Shown piece by piece: positions 49,660-60,375 of a DNA stretch of 64,000 bases. How positions within the stretch are numbered: position 1 is the stretch's first letter; every line of letters begins with the position of its first letter. The stretch is taken from assembly GCA_023440705.1 (NCBI GenBank), contig JAEXRP010000077.1, positions 5,518-69,517 on the forward strand, in the 5' to 3' direction. Both the position numbers and the translations under genes were made by a program. Source of the DNA: Bacteroidota bacterium. Lineage in GTDB: Bacteria > Bacteroidota > Bacteroidia > Flavobacteriales > Weeksellaceae. The notes under the pieces were generated by a model. That model did not search any database, had not been told where the DNA came from, and saw only the letters and a list, made by a program, of their open reading frames with translations.

Positions 49660-50658
49660 TTAGTCTCCAAAACGTTTTCGGAATAATTTATATCCAAGGT
49701 TTGTTGGAAGAGAAATGTAAAAATTTTCTTTTTTCTGTTTGGAAGAAAACTCTGAAGAAAAATAATGAGATAAGTTTAGCCCTTTAAGTTTAGCATAAGC
49801 TTTATAGCTATGCTTCCACAATTCTTCATTTTTTTGAGCCTTCCAATTCATCAATAAAGTCATTGCTTTAAAATTGAGTAAGTATTTTAGAATTTGTAAT
49901 TTTCGCGAAGCTACTTTTTCCGATAAATAATAATCGTTAAGTTTATTAGCAATTGTGATCCAATTGTCAAAATGCACTTTTTTTCGGTTATGAATAACAG
50001 ATTCCGAGTGCAAATAGTAATTATAGGTTTTCTTTCTTAAAAAAGCAATTTTAGTGAGTTTTAATGCCATTTCGAATGTATGGAGAGAATCTTGTGCGTA
50101 CAAACCTTTTGTAAAATAAATTTTATTACTTTTAAGAAAGTCAAGTCGTATCAACTTGTTCCAACTCGACACAGGAAATCCGCCATCTACCAAGCATTTA
50201 AGAATAACATCGTTACCTTTTAGCATATCTTCTTTAACTCTTAAAGGGAAAACATCTACTTCTTGGTACTCTGGCAATTTAATCCCTTTGACCTCACCAA
50301 CAACGACTTCCGCGTTTGTCACTTTTGCTCTTTCTACAAAATCAGCAATAGCTGATGCCTCCAAAGTATCATCACTATCCAAAAAGAAAATGTAATTGCC
50401 TGTCGCCTCATCAATCCCTTTATTTCGAACAACAGAAAGTCCAGAATTCTCGGATAACTCAACAAGCTTCCAATTTTTAAGCTGATGCTTTTTAATAAAA
50501 TCCAAAACCAAGATTGCACTATTATCGGGAGTTTTATCATTTACTAAAATAACTTCAATATTAGGATATGTTTGCGATTTTACTGACTCCAACGTCTTGA
50601 TAATAAAACTTTCACATTTGAAAATTGGTATCGAAATCGTTACTTTTTTGTCATTCAT
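49660..50658 (-). CDS. Glycosyltransferase family 2
   Basis: VTISIPIFK, VNDKTPD, GLSVVRNKG, FLDSDD, SWNKL; start placed at ATG 50658 (or 50667), downstream of the -7 box at 50674-50681. Confidence 0.88.
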   Translation of the reverse strand: MNDKKVTISIPIFKCESFIIKTLESVKSQTYPNIEVILVNDKTPDNSAILVLDFIKKHQLKNWKLVELSENSGLSVVRNKGIDEATGNYIFFLDSDDTLEASAIADFVERAKVTNAEVVVGEVKGIKLPEYQEVDVFPLRVKEDMLKGNDVILKCLVDGGFPVSSWNKLIRLDFLKSNKIYFTKGLYAQDSLHTFEMALKLTKIAFLRKKTYNYYLHSESVIHNRKKVHFDNWITIANKLNDYYLSEKVASRKLQILKYLLNFKAMTLLMNWKAQKNEELWKHSYKAYAKLKGLNLSHYFSSEFSSKQKKENFYISLPTNLGYKLFRKRFGD

Positions 50659-50673
50659 GTTATTCATTATCTG

Positions 50674-50710
50674 CAAAATTATCATTTTATTTTGGAAAGC
50701 AGTATCTTTG
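50674..50710. promoter_or_regulatory. Back-to-back divergent -7 boxes
   Basis: Minus TAATTTTG at 50674-50681; plus TATCTTTG at 50703-50710. Confidence 0.55.
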
Positions 50711-50727
50711 GACAACACAAACAAAAG

Positions 50728-51276
50728 ATGATGAGTTTTTTAGCAAAAATAATTCTCAAAATTTTAAAAAAAGCTAACCTAAAAGAGCTATCAAAACACC
50801 AAAATACCAACATGAAGATTGGTAATTTTTGTGATTTCAAATTTTACAATGGTTACAAAAGTATAAGCTTTGGTAAGGATATTAATGTAAGAGACAACTG
50901 CCATTTTTTGGTCGGAAAAAATGCTAGTTTAAAAATTGAAAACAATGTGTTTTTTAATAATAACTGTTCCATAAATTGTCTTGATAGTATTGAAATTGGA
51001 GAAAATACTTTGTTCGGAGAATCTGTTAAGCTCTACGATCACAACCACGAATATCATACAGAATCGAGCTTCGTAGTTGAGCATCAAAAATTTACACTTG
51101 GATCCATAAAAATTGGGAAAAATTGTTGGTTAGGCAGCAATGTTATTGTACTAAAAGGTGTAACAATAGGCGAAAATACAATTATTGGCGCGGGATGCGT
51201 TGTTCACAAAGATGTTCCTGCCAATTCGATAATCGTTAATAACCAAGAACACAAAACTTTTTCTAATGGACAATAA
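50728..51276 (+). CDS. Hexapeptide-repeat (LbH) O-acetyltransferase
   Basis: IEIGENTLFG, YDHNH, IGKNCWLGSNVIVLKGVTIGENTIIGAG; start at ATG 50728 after the -7 box. Confidence 0.88.
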   Translation: MMSFLAKIILKILKKANLKELSKHQNTNMKIGNFCDFKFYNGYKSISFGKDINVRDNCHFLVGKNASLKIENNVFFNNNCSINCLDSIEIGENTLFGESVKLYDHNHEYHTESSFVVEHQKFTLGSIKIGKNCWLGSNVIVLKGVTIGENTIIGAGCVVHKDVPANSIIVNNQEHKTFSNGQ

Positions 51277-52237
51277 TATGCAGCCTCTTATTTCTGTGGT
51301 AATGTCGGTTTACAATGCTGAAGTATATCTAGAAAAAGCCGTCGAATCTATCATTAATCAAACTTTTAAAGATTTTGAATTTATTATCATCGAAGATTGT
51401 TCGACAGATAATACATTGCAGATTTTAGAAAATTATGCATCCAATGATTCTAGAATAAGAATAATAAAAAAAGATCAAAACAAAGGCAACGCTGGATTTA
51501 TTGAGAATCTAAACATTGGTCTGCAAAATGCAAGAGCAAAGTATATTGCACGAATGGACGCAGACGACATTGCCGACTTAACGAGATTCGAAAAGCAATA
51601 TAATTTTTTAGAAAACCATCCTAATATTGACATCGTTGGTGCAAGTATCGAACTAATTACTGAAAGTGACGAACATATAGAAACGTGGACAGCAATAGAG
51701 AAACATGATGACATTGTAAAACGAATGCCAAAAAAAATCTCCTTGTATCATCCTGTTATTATGTTTCGAAAAGAGTCGACTAAAGGATACAGAGATAAAG
51801 CGCGTTTTTGTGAAGACTACGACATGTATTTCAACATGATTCTTGACGGTAAAAAACTTGCAAACTTAAGTGATGTTTTATTAAAATACAGAATCCTTGA
51901 CACTTCTGTTTCTCGAAAAAAATCAAAATTTGAACGATGGCTTTTTGTTGAAAAAATAAGAAGTTTTTATCAGGAACGTATTACAAAGAGGCAAGATTCT
52001 TATGATAATTTTGATCCTGAAGATTTTTTAAAAATTTTGGAATCAGATTATAAAAATAAACTTTCGGACTTGCTTTTTGCATTGCAATCATCAATAACAT
52101 TTAACACAAAAAAAGAAACCGAAATTCTTCTAAAAAAGATAAAGTCTCAATATCCGAGTCAAAGTATCCTAAAATATCAATTAGCTGATAAATTGCCTTC
52201 GAAAATTAAAAAACAATTGATAAAACTAATCAACTAA
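51266..52237 (+). CDS. Glycosyltransferase family 2
   Basis: ISVVMSVYN, IEDCSTD, ARMDADD, HPVIMFRK, EDYD. Confidence 0.93.
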   Translation: MDNNMQPLISVVMSVYNAEVYLEKAVESIINQTFKDFEFIIIEDCSTDNTLQILENYASNDSRIRIIKKDQNKGNAGFIENLNIGLQNARAKYIARMDADDIADLTRFEKQYNFLENHPNIDIVGASIELITESDEHIETWTAIEKHDDIVKRMPKKISLYHPVIMFRKESTKGYRDKARFCEDYDMYFNMILDGKKLANLSDVLLKYRILDTSVSRKKSKFERWLFVEKIRSFYQERITKRQDSYDNFDPEDFLKILESDYKNKLSDLLFALQSSITFNTKKETEILLKKIKSQYPSQSILKYQLADKLPSKIKKQLIKLIN

Positions 52238-52239
52238 GG

Positions 52240-53268
52240 ATGACTGATATTATTATTAAATCTTTTAACAGACCGCACTATCTTGATCGTTGTATAAGAT
52301 CGATTTTACAGAATGTGACTGGCCATTATAGGATTAAAGTTGTTGACGATGGTACACCTCAACAGTATTTAGAAAAAATTGCGTCTATATATCCCAACAT
52401 TGACATAGTTAAATCTGAACAGTACAATAATAAAATCCAAGCAATTGATAATAACATAAAAAAGGGTGAAAAAATTGATGGTTTTTCTATCCCTACTCAA
52501 TTGTGGATCAACGAAGTAAAAAAATCATCCGACTACGTTCTCGTGACCGAAGATGACGTCTGGGTTAGTACTCCTATTAACATTGACGAAATGGTTGACG
52601 AGATGAAATCTCATAAAATTCCACTATTAAGACTTGGCTGGTTAGGAAACCCTAATGATGACAAATATTGTGATGTAAAGAACCTAACTCCATCGGTTGT
52701 GTCAACTATTCCGCAAAAAATGATTACTGGGAACAAATTTTTTATGAATTTATTCTTCTACAACCGTTTTAAAACATTCACAATATTATATAAAATGGGA
52801 CTTGTTGACAACAATACGAAGAAAAAGTATTGGGTGATCAACTCTATCCTGATGGGATTGTATCAAAAAGATTATTGGTTAGCTATCTGGAAAGATGCTG
52901 TAGGAAAAGTTGATGAAAAACAACAACTTAGAAATGCTGCTACATGGTATCACCACAATAAAAAGGCAACGTTCGCAAGAACCAATGTCGAACATTTGAA
53001 AACAACTTTTAAATCTTCAGCAACTGGATCTTACCATGAGTATGGTAATAATTTTGATGTCAACAGAATGAACTTTATCCTAAATGAAGCTTGGTATAAC
53101 GATCAATTTGATCCCATGGAAAATTTTCCTAAAGATTTTTCTGACGATTATATCAAAAGATTTCTAGACCAAGCTAATCATCCTAATGCTCAATATCAAG
53201 AATGGGCAAAATGGTCCGAAAAATTCAAATCACAGTATAGAGATCTAGGAGCTCAAGTCAATGATTAG
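52240..53268 (+). CDS. Glycosyltransferase family 2-like
   Basis: IIIKSFNRPHYL, VVDDGTP, TEDDVW. Confidence 0.8.
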   Translation: MTDIIIKSFNRPHYLDRCIRSILQNVTGHYRIKVVDDGTPQQYLEKIASIYPNIDIVKSEQYNNKIQAIDNNIKKGEKIDGFSIPTQLWINEVKKSSDYVLVTEDDVWVSTPINIDEMVDEMKSHKIPLLRLGWLGNPNDDKYCDVKNLTPSVVSTIPQKMITGNKFFMNLFFYNRFKTFTILYKMGLVDNNTKKKYWVINSILMGLYQKDYWLAIWKDAVGKVDEKQQLRNAATWYHHNKKATFARTNVEHLKTTFKSSATGSYHEYGNNFDVNRMNFILNEAWYNDQFDPMENFPKDFSDDYIKRFLDQANHPNAQYQEWAKWSEKFKSQYRDLGAQVND

Positions 53269-54318
53269 CTATATCTTAAGAGCCTTTGTTAAATAGTTGT
53301 ATACCAAGTACAAAACATAACTTAGCCCTATTAATAATGGCATATAGTAGGAAAACTGTAGCAGACTAAAGTTGGAGAAAATATCTATAAATCGAAATTT
53401 CCCATTAACGACAAACAAAATCATTGAAATTTCTCCGAAGAAAATTATTATTCTTTTCAGCATCGTTGGACTAGAACCGCTTAACCATGAAAACAGCTGA
53501 ATCAACAATACTGAAACAGCCAAGAAACTAAGTGGAAAAAACACCTCAAAAAACTGCGATAACCCAAACACAATTGTAGCAGCAAGAACCAACCAACTAT
53601 TAAATTTCCTAATTTTAAAATGTGCCAAGCAAATTCCTAAAATTACTTCTGGTAGGTGTCCGATAATACTTCCCAACACCGTGATATGGCTAGATTTAGT
53701 CAAAAAATACCCCACATAGATTATTGAAAAACTAACTACAAATGGAATCCAAATCTTGCTAAACGGAAAACGTGTCACTACTTTATAGATAATCGGAAAT
53801 AGTATATACAGTTGTATCATTAATGCAAAAAACCAAAATGGTCCCGTAAACATCCCATATAAGTACCATTCTGTAAAGCTACTAATCGTAGTACCAAGCA
53901 AAAAACTCTTCTTCAGAATTTCATAAGCTGACATCGGTGTACCTTGCAACCACGTAACTGCAACGCAAAATGCGATACCAAAAAACATTAAAAAGTATAT
54001 TTTCTTAAGTCTTTGAAAAACAAACTTAATATCGCTTACGGTTTTCTTTTGATATTGTATGCAGAGACCATAAGCACTAAAAAATATAAATATTTGAACG
54101 CCGTAATGTCCAAGAAATCCAAAAAAAGCAGCAAAGCCATCTTCAAAACTCAAACTTGTTAATTGCTTTAAAAACACAGCAACATTATCGGTCGAAAAAC
54201 TGGATTCATTTTCAATACCAAAACCCTTTCTCGAATGGAAAAAATTATGAATTACAATCATTAGTATTCCGATTCCTTTAAAAAATGTCGTTTCTGTTTT
54301 AGTGAATAATCCGTTCAT
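53269..54318 (-). CDS. Acyltransferase family 3 (membrane O-acyltransferase)
   Basis: FKGIGILMIVIHN, GHYGVQIFIFFSAYGL, GPFWFF; multi-TM. Confidence 0.88.
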   Translation of the reverse strand: MNGLFTKTETTFFKGIGILMIVIHNFFHSRKGFGIENESSFSTDNVAVFLKQLTSLSFEDGFAAFFGFLGHYGVQIFIFFSAYGLCIQYQKKTVSDIKFVFQRLKKIYFLMFFGIAFCVAVTWLQGTPMSAYEILKKSFLLGTTISSFTEWYLYGMFTGPFWFFALMIQLYILFPIIYKVVTRFPFSKIWIPFVVSFSIIYVGYFLTKSSHITVLGSIIGHLPEVILGICLAHFKIRKFNSWLVLAATIVFGLSQFFEVFFPLSFLAVSVLLIQLFSWLSGSSPTMLKRIIIFFGEISMILFVVNGKFRFIDIFSNFSLLQFSYYMPLLIGLSYVLYLVYNYLTKALKI

Positions 54319-54320
54319 AA

Positions 54321-55877
54321 TTATTCTTTTAATTGATTAAAAAACACCACCTCACCATCTTTTAAAAACTTCGCAGGTTGGTATGCTTCGGTTTTTGAAT
54401 TTTCTAGACCCATTAACCTAAGAACAAGACTATACACAATTTTGGTTGAGGTTTCTTTATTTTCAACTCCGATCTCACGCATCGATGTTGGGACTTTATC
54501 CCCATACCACATAAATAGAGGCACCCTGTTAGCACTTTTAGATTGCGAGTGAAAAAACTTATCATTGCTATGAGCTTGTCCGTGATCAGAATAATATAGC
54601 AACGCGCTATTAGTCCCTTTCAAATCACTAAATATTTGTCCTAACAAATAATCGCTATAGGTTATTGAGTTATCATATGCATCTACGGTATTATCTTTCT
54701 TAAATACATTATGAGACTTTGGATAATTATTTTTAGCGTCAGAATGAGAGCCCAATAAATGCAAAACTATTAGCTGTTTTTCTTTCTTATTCAATAATTT
54801 GCGAAAATGTGGTAACATTTCTTCATCATACATAGCTTTAGTTTCAATCAACTGGTTTGCGTTATATGTTAAAAGATACTCCTCTTCCGACTTTGTCCCA
54901 GTAATCCAATAGCTTTTTCTATTAAAGTTTTGCCCAACACTAATTATATTGTCCGCTATTTGGCTAAAATTACTCTCAGCATAATTATCCATAGAAATAT
55001 TACTGAGCGTTAATGGTACCGCTTGATAAGTAACAAAGGCCGGAGAAACAGCATTGTTGTACACGAACATATTTTGGCGTTCTTTATCCGCCTCCGGTGT
55101 AGTTGCTCTCCCATAACCATACAACGACATGTTTTGGACGCGTGCAGACTCTCCAAGTACCACGATAATTTTATCTATCTCATCATCTTGGAATTTCTCA
55201 ATCTTAGAAATAGAAGAAAAATCCGCTTTAAAATTCTTAATTGATCTAATCTTCATCAAATAATCAAACCCTCCGTAAAAAGAATTCATAGTCTGAAAAA
55301 CAAATTTTGGCTCAACAAAATGAACACCATAGCCTGGGTGAGATTTCCTATACTTTTCAATATCATATTTTTCCTTGCATACCCATACAATTGGTAAAAT
55401 AACCCAAATAGTACTAGCTAAAATACTAACAAAATTCACTTTTATTATTTTACTCAGTTTCTCTATTAGAAAAGCAAATAGCAATGTATATAAAACACTA
55501 AAAAAAAGTGGAAAACCCAATGTTGATTGTATACTACTAACCTCTCGAAAACTTGTTGACAATGTACTGTAAGCCATCTCTTTTGTAAAGTTTTCTTTGT
55601 AGATAAAAAAACCACTAGCAGAAGCCATGATATTAACAAACATAATTATGACAAAAAAATACACGACTATACGTAGATATTTATTAATCTTCAATATCAC
55701 TGCTAAAAAAACACATAGCGATGCAAAACCCAAAACATAGTCTACGCTGTGTCTAGCAATCTGTATATTATTTTTCCAAGGATAAGTATTTGTCTTAATG
55801 TTCAAAAACAAGTACGTTGCCAATAAAGCGAGAAATAACAATATCAAACCGATTATGTTAAGTCTATTTTTTTTCAT
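54321..55877 (-). CDS. Phosphoethanolamine transferase (EptA/CptA-like, sulfatase fold)
   Basis: N-terminal TMs; VVLGESAR, SLYGYGRATTP, putative Thr nucleophile in SPAFVT, LHLLGSH, YDNSITYSD, YYSDHG. Confidence 0.88.
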   Translation of the reverse strand: MKKNRLNIIGLILLFLALLATYLFLNIKTNTYPWKNNIQIARHSVDYVLGFASLCVFLAVILKINKYLRIVVYFFVIIMFVNIMASASGFFIYKENFTKEMAYSTLSTSFREVSSIQSTLGFPLFFSVLYTLLFAFLIEKLSKIIKVNFVSILASTIWVILPIVWVCKEKYDIEKYRKSHPGYGVHFVEPKFVFQTMNSFYGGFDYLMKIRSIKNFKADFSSISKIEKFQDDEIDKIIVVLGESARVQNMSLYGYGRATTPEADKERQNMFVYNNAVSPAFVTYQAVPLTLSNISMDNYAESNFSQIADNIISVGQNFNRKSYWITGTKSEEEYLLTYNANQLIETKAMYDEEMLPHFRKLLNKKEKQLIVLHLLGSHSDAKNNYPKSHNVFKKDNTVDAYDNSITYSDYLLGQIFSDLKGTNSALLYYSDHGQAHSNDKFFHSQSKSANRVPLFMWYGDKVPTSMREIGVENKETSTKIVYSLVLRLMGLENSKTEAYQPAKFLKDGEVVFFNQLKE

Positions 55878-55897
55878 TAATATTTGGTTAATATTGG

Positions 55898-55905
55898 CAA
55901 ATATA
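55898..55905 (-). promoter_or_regulatory. -7 box (TATATTTG) for PEtN transferase-acyltransferase operon
   Basis: TAnnTTTG 20 nt upstream of start. Confidence 0.6.
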
Positions 55906-56079
55906 AAAATTTAACTTGTTTCCACCACTTCTTAGCACAATTCAAAATTAAATACCATTGTAAGGTAGTACATAGTAAAAGCCTACAAAATCAACGTAAA
56001 TAAACTATAAAATTTCTCCATTTATCGAATCTAGAAAATAATGTTTGATGTATAGTTAAAAAACAATTTCATAAAATAC

Positions 56080-56087
56080 TATCTTTG
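56080..56087 (+). promoter_or_regulatory. -7 box (TATCTTTG) for the GT4/GT2 run
   Basis: TAnnTTTG 17 nt upstream of 56105. Confidence 0.6.
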
Positions 56088-56104
56088 TTGACGCATAACA
56101 CACA

Positions 56105-57277
56105 ATGAAAAAAATTAAAGTCTTATTTAGGCTAAGATCGCTTGAGATGGGTGGTGTCCCACGTGTGGTTTTAGACTTGCTTAGAAACCTTCCTAATGAT
56201 AAATTTGATTTTACCTTGATGCTGAACTTGTATCAAGGCGAATTGGTGAAAGATATTCCCAAAAATATCAAACTTATCGTTGTGGAAAAAGGTAAAGAAC
56301 AAATGAGTTCAAATCCCTTTATCCAAAAATTGCAATTGGCTTTCCGTCGTTTGAAGTTGGAGATTTATGATAAATTTCCTGCTTTTTTATATAAAGTAAA
56401 AGGTCTAGAGAACTACGATATCGAAGTTGCACCAGGTTACACAGAATTTGACATGGTATTAAATTCGCCTAACAAAAAATCTAGAAAAATAGGCTGGTTC
56501 CACACCGACGTTGGTTATGACAAAGACCAACAACGCGTTATGAGCAGAATCGAAAAAATGAAAAAATTTGATTTCATGATTTTTGGCTCCAAACAAACCA
56601 GACAAGTTATCGATGATCTTTACCAAGTTAAATATCCAAAAAGTACTGTTATTTATAACGTGATAAAAGTGGATGAAGTTCTTAAAAAAGCGACTTTGTT
56701 TAATCATTCTTTTAACACAGATTATCCTGTGTTTTCATCAATGGGAAGGCTACACCATCGCAAAGGTTATCATGCTTTGATGAAAGTGCACAAACAATTA
56801 TTAGAAGACGGCTTTCCACATGTTATCGCTGTCATTGGTGGTGGCAACGAAATGGAAAATCTCATCAGTCAGCGTAAAGAACTCGGTGTTGACAACACAT
56901 TTTTGTTGCTTGACTCGCAGACTAATCCATACCCATACATCAAAGCTTCGGACTTCTTCATTCTTCCCTCACAATCAGAATCTTACCCACTTGTGATTGG
57001 CGAAGTAATGGCTATGAGAAAACCAATTATATCAACCAATGTTGGTGGTATTTCAGAAATGATAGATGACGGCATAGATGGCATTTTGATCAACTATGAT
57101 GAAAAGGATATGTACAATGCTATGAAAGATTTTATGACAAATCCTGATTTAGTTGACAAAATCTATGATGCTACTGAAAAAGCATATGAAAAATTCAATG
57201 AAAAAGAAATCTATCGACAAGTAAGCGAAGTTTTTGAACAGCAATACCAATTGAAACTACAAAATGAACAGTCCTAA
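56105..57277 (+). CDS. Glycosyltransferase family 4
   Basis: GGVPRV, GRLHHRKG, NPYPYI, SQSESYPLVIGEVM. Confidence 0.92.
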   Translation: MKKIKVLFRLRSLEMGGVPRVVLDLLRNLPNDKFDFTLMLNLYQGELVKDIPKNIKLIVVEKGKEQMSSNPFIQKLQLAFRRLKLEIYDKFPAFLYKVKGLENYDIEVAPGYTEFDMVLNSPNKKSRKIGWFHTDVGYDKDQQRVMSRIEKMKKFDFMIFGSKQTRQVIDDLYQVKYPKSTVIYNVIKVDEVLKKATLFNHSFNTDYPVFSSMGRLHHRKGYHALMKVHKQLLEDGFPHVIAVIGGGNEMENLISQRKELGVDNTFLLLDSQTNPYPYIKASDFFILPSQSESYPLVIGEVMAMRKPIISTNVGGISEMIDDGIDGILINYDEKDMYNAMKDFMTNPDLVDKIYDATEKAYEKFNEKEIYRQVSEVFEQQYQLKLQNEQS

Positions 57278-58172
57278 AATTACGGTTGTTACGCCAACAT
57301 ACAATCGTGCGCACACCATTACTAGAACTTATGAATCTTTAAAACAACAAAGCTTTAAGGACTTCAAATGGATTATTATGGATGATGGATCAACTGATGG
57401 AACTAAAGAATTGGTAGAACTGTTTAAAAACGAAAACATCATCGATATCGACTATTTTTGGAATGAAAATCAGCACAAATTCATCACTGTTTTTGAGGGT
57501 ATCAAAAAAGTTACAAGTCCATACTTTATGATCTTGGACTCGGATGATACTTATCCAAAAAACTCAATGGAAATCCTTGTTGAAGAATCCGATAAAATTA
57601 AAAATCAAGATGATTATATCGGCATTATTGGACATTCCGCAGATGAAAACGGTAACATTGTAGGTGTTAAATTCCCTATAGAATTTGACGGTTCTATCTT
57701 CGATATGCGTTATAAGTACAAAGTGAGAGGTGACAAAAACGGCATCTTTTTTACCAAAACATATCACCGTTATTTAGATAAATTCGATTACGAAAAATAC
57801 AGAGGCAAAGGTTATATTCCGCAGACCGTATTTTTCAACATCTACGACTCTGAAGGTATTAAAACTAGATTCATCAACAAAATCGTGCGTAATTATCATT
57901 TGGATGAAGCTGATCAACAATCTGTTTCTAACACGAGATGGATAGGGAAAAACACCTTTGGATTAATGGAAGGCTATCGCTCTTTTCTTAACTGTTATCA
58001 TAAGCAACTTAAAAATTATCCGAAAACATTAATAAAAAATCTTGTAGGTTATCAAACTTATTCATTAATAAATAATAAAAATCTTAGCGACATTAACAAA
58101 GGAATTACTAATTTTAAAATTCTGTCAACCTTAATCTATCCTTTAACGTTGATTTATGCCAAAACGAGATGA
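57264..58172 (+). CDS. Glycosyltransferase family 2
   Basis: ITVVTPTYNRA, MDDGSTD, LDSDD. Confidence 0.92.
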   Translation: MNSPKITVVTPTYNRAHTITRTYESLKQQSFKDFKWIIMDDGSTDGTKELVELFKNENIIDIDYFWNENQHKFITVFEGIKKVTSPYFMILDSDDTYPKNSMEILVEESDKIKNQDDYIGIIGHSADENGNIVGVKFPIEFDGSIFDMRYKYKVRGDKNGIFFTKTYHRYLDKFDYEKYRGKGYIPQTVFFNIYDSEGIKTRFINKIVRNYHLDEADQQSVSNTRWIGKNTFGLMEGYRSFLNCYHKQLKNYPKTLIKNLVGYQTYSLINNKNLSDINKGITNFKILSTLIYPLTLIYAKTR

Positions 58173-58176
58173 TTAC

Positions 58177-59217
58177 ATGAAAAAACTACTAACACTAACC
58201 TTGGGTGGTAAGGAGAATCCTTCTTCTAATTTTAGAGTTCGACAATATTATAACCTTCTAAAAAAAGACTCTTGGGACATTACGGAATTTAATTTAAAAA
58301 CTATATTTTACCCCGAATTTTCAAAAAATCTTTTTTTCCATTATTTTTTTAAAGTTTCAGGTATCTATTTTTTAGGCAGCTATCTTCAAAAAAGAAAATT
58401 AAATTCTTTACTAAAAGAGGCAGATCTCATATGGATCAATAAATATTGTATAGAGGAAATCGATTTATCCATGGCAAAAGCTCCAATAGTACAGGATATT
58501 GACGATGCAATATTTTATAATTCTAACAAAAACTTCAAATATACTTTAACCCATGCCACGCATTTATTTGTGGGAAATAATTTTCTTAAGGACGAAATTC
58601 TTAAAATTAAAAATATTCCAATTGATGTAATACCAACCTCCATTAATTTAGAATTATATCCAAAAAATCAAACTAAGATTAGCAATTTTACGATTGGTTG
58701 GATTGGCTCTCCTTACACCAATAAGTATCTTATAAAAATAAAGGATCCTATAAATAAATTTTTAGAACAAACCAATAGCGAACTCCTTATTATTTCGGAT
58801 AAACTAACTGATTTTGAAGGCATTTTTACAAAAAAATGCAACCTAATATATTGGGACGAAAGCAAATACATCAACGACTTAGACAAAATATCTATCGGCC
58901 TTATGCCACTTGACAATACCAATTGGGAAAAAGGAAAATGTAGTTTTAAAATGTTACAATACATGGCTTTACACAAAGCTGTTATTGTTTCTCCTGTTGG
59001 TCTTAACAAAGAAATTCTGGACAAATACAATTGTGGTGCATCCGCAATAACCGATGATCAATGGTTTGACTCTTTAATGTACTTTTATCAAAACCAATTA
59101 ATTACATCAGAACTAGGAAACAATGGAAGACTAGGAATAGAAGCGGAATATAGCACTAATGATAACTACAAAAAAATAGCTTCAGTTTTTCACCAATTAA
59201 TTAATCATGGAACATAA
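58177..59217 (+). CDS. Glycosyltransferase family 4
   Basis: SSNFRV, DIDDAI, IGWIGS, GKCSFKMLQYMA..SPVG; second ATG preferred (track start 58156). Confidence 0.88.
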   Translation: MKKLLTLTLGGKENPSSNFRVRQYYNLLKKDSWDITEFNLKTIFYPEFSKNLFFHYFFKVSGIYFLGSYLQKRKLNSLLKEADLIWINKYCIEEIDLSMAKAPIVQDIDDAIFYNSNKNFKYTLTHATHLFVGNNFLKDEILKIKNIPIDVIPTSINLELYPKNQTKISNFTIGWIGSPYTNKYLIKIKDPINKFLEQTNSELLIISDKLTDFEGIFTKKCNLIYWDESKYINDLDKISIGLMPLDNTNWEKGKCSFKMLQYMALHKAVIVSPVGLNKEILDKYNCGASAITDDQWFDSLMYFYQNQLITSELGNNGRLGIEAEYSTNDNYKKIASVFHQLINHGT

Positions 59218-60352
59218 AAAAAACCTACTCTTCATATATTACAGGTTGTTCAAACCTGGTGGGGTAACCAAGACATTAGTCAACTTAATGAATGAGTTGG
59301 TCAATGATTATAATGTCACTGTACTACTATTAATAAAAAACGAAAATTCTTATTTTGAACTAGATCCAAGAGTTAAAGTTTTAAGCATTGACACTTTTAA
59401 TCATCCTGCTTTTACAAAAGGTTGTACATTTCTTAACACTAAACTAGGTCAGAAAATCCCCAGAAGAGTATCTATAAAATCTTATTTGTATGACTACGGC
59501 TCCTATTCAACCTTAAAAAATTGGATAAATAAAAATCATCAACAATATGATTTTATTGTAACTTGTTTGTACAAGCTAAGTGCCTACTTATCAAGCAACA
59601 AGCAAGTGCAACCAAAAATTGTTACTTGGGAAAAAAATAGCTTCGAAGGCATTAACAAATTCTGGCAATCTTTTCCAAGAAAACATTATAAAAACATAAA
59701 AGGCGTTGTTACCTTAAACAATCAGGGAGAAAAATATTATTCTGAGTTCAATAATAACGTAAAAAAAATATATAATATAACAGGAAAACCTTACGAAGAC
59801 AATACAATAGACTTTTCTACGAAATCTAACCAAATGACCTATGTTGGCCGCTTCAGTAAAGAAAAAAATATAGATCATATTATTGACATCTTTTCTAAAC
59901 TAAAAAATAAAGAAGATTACATCCTCAATCTTATTGGTGATGGAGAACTACGAAATAAGCTAGAAGAACAAATCCAGAGCCTCAATCTGCAAGATAGAAT
60001 TATTTTACACGGCTTGCTAAAACCAACAGCTGTTAATGAAATATTAAAAAAATCTAAATTTATTTTGCTGACTTCGTCTACGGAAGGCCTTCCCAATGTG
60101 TTAGTTGAAGGCATGATGGCAGGCAATGTTATAGTATCATATAATTGCAAATATGGTCCTGATGAAATTATTAATGAAAATAATGGATTTTTAATTCCTT
60201 TGTATGACAAAAACACTTTTGTCGACAAACTACAGTATCTAATTGATAATCCGAAAATTACTAACAGCCTTTGCATTTCTAGCTATGAAGAAGCGACAAA
60301 GTGGAAAAAAGAGAAAATCGTAAAACAATGGAAAGACATTTTTGATAATTAA
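59207..60352 (+). CDS. Glycosyltransferase family 4
   Basis: GGVTKT, VGRFSKEKN, SSTEGLPNVLVEGM. Confidence 0.92.
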   Translation: MEHKKNLLFIYYRLFKPGGVTKTLVNLMNELVNDYNVTVLLLIKNENSYFELDPRVKVLSIDTFNHPAFTKGCTFLNTKLGQKIPRRVSIKSYLYDYGSYSTLKNWINKNHQQYDFIVTCLYKLSAYLSSNKQVQPKIVTWEKNSFEGINKFWQSFPRKHYKNIKGVVTLNNQGEKYYSEFNNNVKKIYNITGKPYEDNTIDFSTKSNQMTYVGRFSKEKNIDHIIDIFSKLKNKEDYILNLIGDGELRNKLEEQIQSLNLQDRIILHGLLKPTAVNEILKKSKFILLTSSTEGLPNVLVEGMMAGNVIVSYNCKYGPDEIINENNGFLIPLYDKNTFVDKLQYLIDNPKITNSLCISSYEEATKWKKEKIVKQWKDIFDN

Positions 60353-60375
60353 TTTAACTTCGTAAAAAATACATT

